A program made the position numbers and the translations under genes. From Caldisericia bacterium (GTDB lineage Bacteria > Caldisericota > Caldisericia > JAAYUI01), in contig OY771555.1 of NCBI GenBank assembly GCA_963674785.1, positions 1,888,001 through 1,952,000 of the forward strand: a stretch of DNA of 64,000 nucleotides. The letters run 5' to 3'. Numbering within the stretch: the first letter of the stretch is position 1; every line of letters starts with the position of its first letter. Shown here in pieces: positions 53,084 through 61,268 of the stretch. The notes beneath the pieces are model-generated. The model worked only from the letters and a program-made list of their open reading frames with translations. It searched no databases and was not told the DNA's origin.

Positions 53084-54592
53084 CTAGGCTGATTTGACTT
53101 TGGCAGATTTCCATTTGCCTGATCGTAAAAATGTATAATTAACCATAAGCTGGATTAGACCAGTAATTATCCCTGATAAGAAAATCCACTCGTATCCGAG
53201 CTTCAAATAAACAATAGTTATAACCATAATTGGCAGATTAAGTAACCAGTGTATCAATTGATCAGAAAGTGCTGGCCACATTGTATATCCTGAGCCCTCA
53301 AAGGCAGAAGTAATCATCCACTTTACACCCATGATTAGGTTTTGAGTCATTGCAAGACCGAGTAACATCGACCCAAGCCTTATGACTTCACTATCTTTAT
53401 TGAAAATATAAAATATTGGACCACCAAACAGATAACCAACGATCATCATCGAACCACACAAAACAACCGCAATCAGAACAGTGTACCATACTGTTTTTTC
53501 AGCTCTTTTTGTTGCCCTTGCACCGATATTTTGACCAACCAGTGAACCAGCAGATTGTTGCAATCCAAGAAGTGGCATATTCACAAGCCCCATCAACCTC
53601 ATTCCGATTCCAAATGCTGCAAGTAATGCTGGGTTATTGTATGTCGAGATGATATTCATAAAGATCATTCCTGAACCCGTATTTGCAAGATTCGATAACG
53701 CTGGTGTAATTCCAATCCTCATCATATTGAAAAGCATCGGAAAATCTGGTCTCAATAATCCCATCAAGTTTATCTTTATTCCTCTTTTCACAAGAGCAAT
53801 TTTGAAATATGGAATCCTAACGATATATCTTACGAATCCATCTTTGTTTCTTTTAGGGAACATCAATCTAACAGCTCTTATAAATACAAGCTTTTTCCCA
53901 GTTGAGAGGAGTGATAAACCTAAAATAAAGGCAGTCATTTGAGCGATAACTGTTGCAATTGCAGCACCAGGAACACCCATTTTTGGGATTGGACCAATTC
54001 CAAGTATCATGAACGGATCGAGGATGATATTGACAATCATCGCAAGGATTGTCAAAAACATACTGGTTTCAGCATCTGATGTACATCTGAAAATCGTATT
54101 GAAAGTGAAATACGTGAAATAGAATGGAATTGCAAGCACAATGATTGTTCCATAGTTCATTGCAATACTCATCATCGAATAGCCAGTTTCAGGGTTTATG
54201 ACAGTATCTGCGCCTGCGAGTCCAAGAAAAACTCGAAGCAATGCCAACCCCAAAATCGCACCGATTACACCAAAGACAAACTTAAACAAAATAGTCTGCT
54301 CAGCTGCCCAAGCAGCCTTTTTGTAGTCCTTTTCTCCCCAATATCTAGAAATGATTGAAACAGAACTCAATCCAAACAGGTTGTTGAAGATAAACATAAA
54401 GGAAAACACAACACCAAAAACAACAAGTGCGGCCTGAGACTGAACAGCAAATGCGCCACCAAGTAAACCAATCCAGATAAGATCGATGATATCGTGAATG
54501 TTTTCAAAAAGTCTTCCAGTTATTCCTGGCCAGGCGAGAGCAATAAGATTTTTAAAAATACTTCCTTTTGTATAATCTCTATCAGTTTCCAT
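53084..54592 (-). CDS. MATE family efflux transporter
   Basis: DYTKGSIFKNLIALAWP, NIILDP, MGVPGAAIAT, GQNIGA. About 12 TM helices. Confidence 0.92.
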   Translation of the reverse strand: METDRDYTKGSIFKNLIALAWPGITGRLFENIHDIIDLIWIGLLGGAFAVQSQAALVVFGVVFSFMFIFNNLFGLSSVSIISRYWGEKDYKKAAWAAEQTILFKFVFGVIGAILGLALLRVFLGLAGADTVINPETGYSMMSIAMNYGTIIVLAIPFYFTYFTFNTIFRCTSDAETSMFLTILAMIVNIILDPFMILGIGPIPKMGVPGAAIATVIAQMTAFILGLSLLSTGKKLVFIRAVRLMFPKRNKDGFVRYIVRIPYFKIALVKRGIKINLMGLLRPDFPMLFNMMRIGITPALSNLANTGSGMIFMNIISTYNNPALLAAFGIGMRLMGLVNMPLLGLQQSAGSLVGQNIGARATKRAEKTVWYTVLIAVVLCGSMMIVGYLFGGPIFYIFNKDSEVIRLGSMLLGLAMTQNLIMGVKWMITSAFEGSGYTMWPALSDQLIHWLLNLPIMVITIVYLKLGYEWIFLSGIITGLIQLMVNYTFLRSGKWKSAKVKSA

Positions 54593-54692
54593 AGTTGAGG
54601 ACTTATATTCATTAAGGAAACCATATTTTCAAGTGCTCATGCTTAATGAAAAATAATTAGCAATGAGATGAAAAAGCATTTATAATGACAAC

Positions 54693-55046
54693 ATGCACGA
54701 ATTGGGAATAGCTAATCAAGTCTTTGAACTTCTTGAAAAGGAAGCAAAAGAAAGAGGGGCAAGAGTTTCTGGGGTAAAGCTTACCATCGGAAGAATGTCA
54801 GGAATAATGCCAGATTCTCTAGTTTTTTTACTTCAAACAATCTCAAAAGATACCATATGCGATGGATTAAACATCGAATTTGAAATAGTTGACCCAGAAT
54901 TCAAATGCAATAATTGTGGAAACATATTTACTGCAAAAGAATATGATTTCACATGCCCAAAATGTAAAAATGGTGATTGTGAAATGATAACGGGATCAGA
55001 CCTAATCGTTGAAAAAATACACTTGGAGCTTGCTGATGAAAATTGA
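54693..55046 (+). CDS. hypA: Hydrogenase maturation nickel chaperone HypA
   Basis: MHELGIA, CNNC..CPKC. Confidence 0.95.
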   Translation: MHELGIANQVFELLEKEAKERGARVSGVKLTIGRMSGIMPDSLVFLLQTISKDTICDGLNIEFEIVDPEFKCNNCGNIFTAKEYDFTCPKCKNGDCEMITGSDLIVEKIHLELADEN

Positions 55047-55707
55047 TATTAACAAAAAAGTTGACTTTACAACCGAAGAGGTTGCAGGAGAACTGAAAGA
55101 ACTATTTTATTCCAAAAGTATTCTTGTACTAAATATGATCAGTTCACCTGGATCAGGAAAGACATCGTTACTTGAAAAGACATTGTCAAGATTCAGAAGC
55201 GAGTACCGACTTGCAGTCGTTGAGGGAGACCCAGCAACAAATCGCGATGCAAGAAGACTAGAAAAATTGCATGTTCCTGTGTCCCTTATAAACACGGCAG
55301 GAACAGGCTCCTCATGTCATTTGACCGTAAGCCAAGTTGTAGAGGCAATAAAAAGCTTACCACTTGATGATCTAGACATAATATTTATTGAAAATGTCGG
55401 CAACCTCGTTTGCCCTGCAGCCTACCAACTTGGTGAACATGCAAAAGTATTGCTATTCTCAATCCCAGAAGGGGATGACAAAGCTGCGAAGTACCCACTT
55501 GCATTCAGGGTCTCAGATAGCGTACTCATAAACAAACTCGACCTCTTGCCTTACTGCAACTTTTCAGTTGATGCATTTAAAGAAGATGCCTTAAAGATAA
55601 ATCCAAAACTTGAAATCCTTTCTTTCTCTATCAAAACAGGTGAAGGATTATCAACTTGGTTTGATTGGATTGAAAAAAACCTAGAAAAAATAAGAAACAA
55701 AAAATAA
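55036..55707 (+). CDS. hypB: Hydrogenase nickel-incorporation GTPase HypB
   Basis: SSPGSGKT, CHL, ENVGNLVCP, EGDDK, NKLD. Start ATG 55036. Confidence 0.95.
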   Translation: MKIDINKKVDFTTEEVAGELKELFYSKSILVLNMISSPGSGKTSLLEKTLSRFRSEYRLAVVEGDPATNRDARRLEKLHVPVSLINTAGTGSSCHLTVSQVVEAIKSLPLDDLDIIFIENVGNLVCPAAYQLGEHAKVLLFSIPEGDDKAAKYPLAFRVSDSVLINKLDLLPYCNFSVDAFKEDALKINPKLEILSFSIKTGEGLSTWFDWIEKNLEKIRNKK

Positions 55708-55721
55708 ACCAAAAGTGTTCT

Positions 55722-55750
55722 TTGAGTTTTTACCTCCATTGTGATATGAT
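55722..55750 (+). promoter_or_regulatory. Promoter of symporter operon
   Basis: TTGAGT-17 bp-TATGAT with TGn. Confidence 0.55.
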
Positions 55751-55784
55751 TGGTGAATCTATTTCATAATGGAGGCATGTCGAT

Positions 55785-55892
55785 ATGCTCGGATTCGGTG
55801 ATTTTGTTACCTTCCTTGGTTACACACTAACTGTTCTTGTGACTATTGTTTGTATTGTTGTTGGTATTGCTTTGTGGAACAAGGAGGTGTAA
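55785..55892 (+). CDS. Symporter small accessory membrane protein (35 aa; absent from ORF track)
   Basis: MLGFGDFVTFLGYTLTVLVTIVCIVVGIALWNKEV. GGAGG RBS; its 3' end carries the AGGAGGT RBS of the symporter. Confidence 0.85.
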   Translation: MLGFGDFVTFLGYTLTVLVTIVCIVVGIALWNKEV

Positions 55893-55895
55893 CAC

Positions 55896-57491
55896 ATGAA
55901 CGTTAATCTTTCAACATTTATTCCAATTCTCATTGGTTTCCTAGGGGTTCTTGGATATCTTGCATGGCTTGGATATAAACGAACGACATCCGCAAAGGAT
56001 TATCTTGTTGCTGGTGGAAGCGTTAACCCATATATGATGGCACTATCCTATGGTGCTGCATTCATCTCCACATCGGCAATCGTTGGTTTTGGTGGAATGG
56101 CTGGAAAACATGGTTTTCAAATGATGTGGGTTGTTTTTGCAAACATCGGAGTAGGAATTTTTATTGCATACCTTGTGTTTGGAAAACGAATGAGACAGAT
56201 GGGAAGTAATCTTGGCTCCCATACATTCTCTGAGTTTCTTGGAAAAAGATTCAAGTCCAAATTCTCACAGTGGTTCTCTGGAATTGTAATCTTCATCTTT
56301 ATGCCACTTTACGCCGCCGCCGTTATGCGTGGTGCTGCTGAGTTTATGGTGCCAATCTTTGGGATAGACATTAAGTGGCTTGCAATGATCTATATCATCA
56401 TTGTCGCTATCTATGTCATCACAGGTGGACTCAAAGGTGTCATCTACTCAGATTCATTCCTTGGCTCAATCATGCTTGTCAGTATGATCGCGCTTATCAT
56501 TTTTGTTTACACAAAGCTCGGTGGAATAACTTCAGCCCATCAGCAACTTACTGATCTAGCACATCTTGTTCCTCAAGGATTGAAAGCAGGTGGCCACACA
56601 GGCTGGACATCATTCTCAGTTTTTAACTCAGAGATCTGGTGGCTCATTGTTTCGACACTCACCATGGGTGTTGGGATTGGTGTGCTTTCTCAGCCACAGC
56701 TTCTCGTAAGATTTATGACGGTCAAAAAGAATAAAGACCTCAATCGTGCAATGGTTGTTGGTGCAATATTCATACTCATCGTTGTTGGCGGTGCTTATAT
56801 AACCGGTGCATTATCAAACGTTTTTTTCTACAACGATCTTGGGAAAATAACCGTTGATGTTGTTGCAAATACAAACATTGACCAGGTTATTCCAAGCTTC
56901 ATCACCGCCTACATGCCACAGTGGTTTGTTTATGTATTCCTTCTGACCCTTATTTCTGCTGGTATTTCAACATCGTCAGCACAGTTCCATACAATCGGAA
57001 CCGCCCTTGGAAAAGATGTTATTGAAGACAACATCACAAAAGATCCAAAGAAAAAAGTTAACACCCTGCTTTGGAAAAGAATTGGTATCGCCATAGCAAT
57101 CGTGTTCACATTTACCCTTGGAATCTATGTATTCCCACCAGGAATCGTTGCCAAAGGAACCGCGTTCTTCTTTGCGATAGCTGCAGCTGCCTTCCTTGCA
57201 CCAACAATTGGTGCACTTTTCTGGAGGGGAACTACAAAAGCTGGTGCAAACTGGTCGATGATTTCGGGACTTGTTGTTTCAATTGGATGGGTACTTGTTT
57301 TCAATGGTAGCACACTAAAGATTAAATCACTCTTTGATATTGCACCATGGAAATACATTGAACCAGGAATCGTTGGTCTCATTGTTTCAATAATTGTTCT
57401 TTTTGTGGTCTCAATATATACCAAAAAAATGGATCAAGATCACGTTGATTCATGCTTCGCAAAACAAACCGTGGAGCAACTGGAAGCCTAG
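55896..57491 (+). CDS. Sodium:solute symporter family protein
   Basis: DYLVAG, SYGAAFISTSAIVGFGG, QPQLLVRFMT. About 13 TM helices. Confidence 0.92.
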   Translation: MNVNLSTFIPILIGFLGVLGYLAWLGYKRTTSAKDYLVAGGSVNPYMMALSYGAAFISTSAIVGFGGMAGKHGFQMMWVVFANIGVGIFIAYLVFGKRMRQMGSNLGSHTFSEFLGKRFKSKFSQWFSGIVIFIFMPLYAAAVMRGAAEFMVPIFGIDIKWLAMIYIIIVAIYVITGGLKGVIYSDSFLGSIMLVSMIALIIFVYTKLGGITSAHQQLTDLAHLVPQGLKAGGHTGWTSFSVFNSEIWWLIVSTLTMGVGIGVLSQPQLLVRFMTVKKNKDLNRAMVVGAIFILIVVGGAYITGALSNVFFYNDLGKITVDVVANTNIDQVIPSFITAYMPQWFVYVFLLTLISAGISTSSAQFHTIGTALGKDVIEDNITKDPKKKVNTLLWKRIGIAIAIVFTFTLGIYVFPPGIVAKGTAFFFAIAAAAFLAPTIGALFWRGTTKAGANWSMISGLVVSIGWVLVFNGSTLKIKSLFDIAPWKYIEPGIVGLIVSIIVLFVVSIYTKKMDQDHVDSCFAKQTVEQLEA

Positions 57492-59680
57492 AACTCCCAA
57501 TCAATAATTATATCTCTTGATGAGGAAATCCACCTTACGGATGCCCCAAGAGACTCCGCAATAGACCTAAAGGGGACGAGTGTTCGTCCCCTTTCTATTA
57601 TTGGGTAGGTATCAATCTCAACCCTCTCTCCGTTAAATTCAGCGTAGTTTTTATATGCCCAGTAGAGGAGAGTTTTTTCATCTTTTTCAATTGTAACTTT
57701 CTTTGTTTCCTGTTCCCAAAAAACATCGCACCCAAAGGTTTCTGCTACAAACCTTATTGGGACAAGCGTCCTTCCTTCTACAATTCTTGATGGAACGTCA
57801 AGTCTGATCGGCTCTCCATTAACCAAAACATCAACTGAATTTGGTTTCATCTCAATCCTAATCCTTGGGTCAGTTGTAAACTCAAGCATTCTTGTCGAAT
57901 ACCAGATTTCCATCATTTTCTCGTTTGGAGACGGACAAGTATCGCACCACACCTTGATCGGAATACTAAAATATGATCCACCTGAAAGCTTCATGCAGTC
58001 AAATTCAATTCTGTATGTTGCGAGTCCATTCTCCTGGGGAATCGATGTCTTCTCTGGAGAGATACCACCAAAACCTTCATGCTCAAGCCAAATCACCCGA
58101 TCGACTCCATCAGTGGATACAATTTGGATTTCAAAACTCCCAACCTCAGTTCGCTTAAAATACGGAATATCTTGTGGAACAACCTGAATATCATAACACG
58201 GAGAACATGTTACACATTCGTCAGTCCAGTCTAGTATGTTGAATGTAAACGTCTCAAAAACCATCTGATCAATTCCTGACTCTTCATATTCCCCTTCCCC
58301 CCGAAAAATTGGTTCAGTCGTGTTTACAAAAACCCTGAAATCATTCTCGCCGTAGCAAAATGCGGGGTCAGAAAAATCAATCGTCATTGTGTACTTATAA
58401 ACCCTTCGATTGCCTTGATAATAAACATCAGTATTCCTGAATAATACTGCCTTACAACGTTTTCCAGCCTCAAATGGTCTTCCGAGCACCGCCCCAGGTC
58501 GGACCCTTCCATCATCTCTTCCAGTAACAATCTCAAGATCAAAACTTTGATAACCATCGCTTGTATAGAAGTCTCCAAGGTTTTTATTTTCGGGAAGAAT
58601 TGTTACGTATCCACACTCCTCCCAGGTTTGGAGATACCCATCAGAAGTCAACATATAAATTTTCTGGTCAAGAATAAGTAACTCACCTCGAACAGAGTTA
58701 ATGAGTCTTCTTTTCCAGATAACCTCTCCAGTTAGGTCAATGCCAACAAAATCCTTGTTTCGATCCACAAAATACACAGCTTCCCCATTTGTCGATAATG
58801 GAGCGGAGATTGGAGCAAAAGAAGAGTTTTGAACAACAATCCGCCCATCCTTTTTACCTATAAAACTCACAGTTCCAGAGTCATCTGCAACAACGAAGAA
58901 ATTATCGGCAAGCACACCTCTTGAGTGGATTACTCCTGGAACTGCTGTGTTCCAAACTATCTCCCCCGTAATTGCATTAATCTTATAGACAAATCCATTG
59001 AGTGAGCCAACATAAAGATAAAAGCCATCCAAAATAGGTTCAGCTTCTAAGAGCCCATCGCAAGAAGCCTCCCAAAGAACATTCCCAGAATATTTATTTA
59101 GACAATAAATCTTGTCATCGTCCCCACCAAAAATCACCCTTTCAGCAATAATACAAGGGGTACTCCAGATTGGGGTTTTTGTTCGATACTCAAAAATCAC
59201 CGAACCATCATCAAAATTCAGACAATAAAAACTCTCGTCTGCTGATCCAAAGTATATCATGCCGTCGCTATATACAGGCTTTCCGATAATTGCATTCCGA
59301 ACCCGGTTCTTCCAGACAATACTACCTGATTCAATATTCACTTTTGCAATTGTTCCAACTTTTGTTCCAATGATCGCATACGAATCAACGATTATTGGTG
59401 ATGAGTTTATATCGGTTCCATCAATTAAAACTTCCATCCATATATTTCCACCCACCATATACTGCAACTGCCCATTGGCATTTCCAAACACAAATCCTGA
59501 TTTATAAGGAACTGGTGCAAACTTTGACAAATAATCTGAATGAATATTATGACTAGTAACCATCTTAAAGGGTGGCGATGGAGCAACAGGATAATCATTA
59601 TCCGCATAAACAAGATTGTTTCCAACAATCGGTATACATACTAATAAAACACAAATAATTATTCTTACTACATTCTTCAC
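57488..59680 (-). CDS. Secreted PQQ-like beta-propeller + copper amine oxidase N-terminal domain protein
   Basis: SSP/YFGSAD..YCL repeats, GRTLVPIRFVAE and GRTLVPFRSIAESLGA. GTG 59680 gives a clean signal peptide. Confidence 0.8.
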   Translation of the reverse strand: MKNVVRIIICVLLVCIPIVGNNLVYADNDYPVAPSPPFKMVTSHNIHSDYLSKFAPVPYKSGFVFGNANGQLQYMVGGNIWMEVLIDGTDINSSPIIVDSYAIIGTKVGTIAKVNIESGSIVWKNRVRNAIIGKPVYSDGMIYFGSADESFYCLNFDDGSVIFEYRTKTPIWSTPCIIAERVIFGGDDDKIYCLNKYSGNVLWEASCDGLLEAEPILDGFYLYVGSLNGFVYKINAITGEIVWNTAVPGVIHSRGVLADNFFVVADDSGTVSFIGKKDGRIVVQNSSFAPISAPLSTNGEAVYFVDRNKDFVGIDLTGEVIWKRRLINSVRGELLILDQKIYMLTSDGYLQTWEECGYVTILPENKNLGDFYTSDGYQSFDLEIVTGRDDGRVRPGAVLGRPFEAGKRCKAVLFRNTDVYYQGNRRVYKYTMTIDFSDPAFCYGENDFRVFVNTTEPIFRGEGEYEESGIDQMVFETFTFNILDWTDECVTCSPCYDIQVVPQDIPYFKRTEVGSFEIQIVSTDGVDRVIWLEHEGFGGISPEKTSIPQENGLATYRIEFDCMKLSGGSYFSIPIKVWCDTCPSPNEKMMEIWYSTRMLEFTTDPRIRIEMKPNSVDVLVNGEPIRLDVPSRIVEGRTLVPIRFVAETFGCDVFWEQETKKVTIEKDEKTLLYWAYKNYAEFNGERVEIDTYPIIERGRTLVPFRSIAESLGASVRWISSSRDIIIDWEF

Positions 59681-59787
59681 AACACTAATATATTTTTGGA
59701 ATAAAAAGGGTTCTATCTGAAAAGAAACCACATTGACAAGCTATCTACTATTATATATAGTACATTTTGAAGCACATTGAAAAGGAA

Positions 59788-59874
59788 TGGTGCCGAAGAA
59801 GGGACTCGAACCCCCACCCAGTTGCCCGGACATGGACCTGAACCATGCGCGTCTACCAATTCCGCCACTTCGGC
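59788..59874 (-). tRNA. tRNA-Leu (CAG)
   Basis: CATGG-TTCAGGT-CCATG, long variable arm, CCA end. Confidence 0.96.
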
Positions 59875-59999
59875 ACAAAAAACCATGCATCAACTAAATC
59901 AACGGACTCGATTTAGCCAGAATGCTAGGTAGTATATAGCTGAAATGCTGGTATACGTCAAGGAGAACAAAAAAACATGCCAGTTGAAAAAGGAGAGTT

Positions 60000-61247
60000 A
60001 TGAGTAGGATTGAAGATATTTTTGCAAGACAGATTATTGATTCACGTGGCAACCCAACAATAGAAGTAGATGTTCGAACAGATGATGATTTCTTTGGAAG
60101 AGCTGCTGTTCCCTCAGGAGCATCAACAGGAATCAGAGAAGCTTTAGAACTTAGGGATGGAAACCCAAATTTCTTCCTTGGAAAATCTGTAGAACAAGCA
60201 ATCAATAATATCAATGAAACCATCAACAATGAGCTTTTTGATGTCAACGTTTTAGACCAGGTTGAAATCGACAACATCATGCTTCAGCTTGATGGAACTG
60301 ATAACAAAAAGAAACTGGGTGCAAACGCTATACTTGCTGTCTCAATGGCTGCCGCTAGAGCGGCCGCAAACTCACTTGATATTCCGCTTTACAGATACCT
60401 TGGAGGTCCAATCGCAAGAAGGCTTCCTGTTCCAATGATGAATGTAATAAACGGTGGAGCTCATGCAGACAACAATCTTGACCTCCAGGAATTCATGATT
60501 TTCCCATCAGGAGCAAGTTCCTTCTCAGAAGGACTTCGAATGGGAATTGAAATCTATCACACATTAAAAAAACTTTTAAAAGAAAAAGGACTTTCTACAG
60601 CCGTTGGTGATGAAGGTGGATTTGCCCCAAACCTCAAGAGTCACGAGGAAGCATTCCAACTTCTAATCAATGCAATTGAAAAAGCAGGATATAAGCCCGG
60701 TGAAGATTGTAATCTAACAATAGACGCAGCATCATCTGAGATTTGGGAGGATGGAAAATACAAATTTGAAGGGGATATGGTAACGTCATACGATCTGAAT
60801 GCCTGGTATGAAAAGATGATTGCAAAATACCCAATTGTCTCCATTGAGGATGGAATGGCAGAACAAGACCATGATGGTTGGAAACTCCATACAAAATCAC
60901 TGAAAGATAAGATTCAGATTGTTGGGGATGATCTTTTTGTCACAAATCCATCTATTTTTGCCCAGGGAATCAAAGATGGATTGGCAAACTCAATACTAAT
61001 TAAACTAAATCAGGTTGGCAGTGTCAAAGAGACATGGGAAGCGATTAGGATGGCCAAAGATAATGGTTATTCATACGTAATATCCCATCGTTCGGGTGAG
61101 ACTGCAGATAGTTTTATCTCGCACCTAGCGGTTGCATCAGAAAGTGGACAGATAAAAACTGGTGCACCAGCAAGAACTGAACGAGTTGAAAAATACAACG
61201 AACTATTAAGGATTGAAGAAGAACTTGGTGAAAACGCAATTTACTAA
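60000..61247 (+). CDS. eno: Enolase
   Basis: DSRGNPT, PSGASTG, GDEGG, VGDDL, SHRSGET. Confidence 0.99.
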   Translation: MSRIEDIFARQIIDSRGNPTIEVDVRTDDDFFGRAAVPSGASTGIREALELRDGNPNFFLGKSVEQAINNINETINNELFDVNVLDQVEIDNIMLQLDGTDNKKKLGANAILAVSMAAARAAANSLDIPLYRYLGGPIARRLPVPMMNVINGGAHADNNLDLQEFMIFPSGASSFSEGLRMGIEIYHTLKKLLKEKGLSTAVGDEGGFAPNLKSHEEAFQLLINAIEKAGYKPGEDCNLTIDAASSEIWEDGKYKFEGDMVTSYDLNAWYEKMIAKYPIVSIEDGMAEQDHDGWKLHTKSLKDKIQIVGDDLFVTNPSIFAQGIKDGLANSILIKLNQVGSVKETWEAIRMAKDNGYSYVISHRSGETADSFISHLAVASESGQIKTGAPARTERVEKYNELLRIEEELGENAIY

Positions 61248-61268
61248 AGAATTGCTCAAGGAGGAAAA

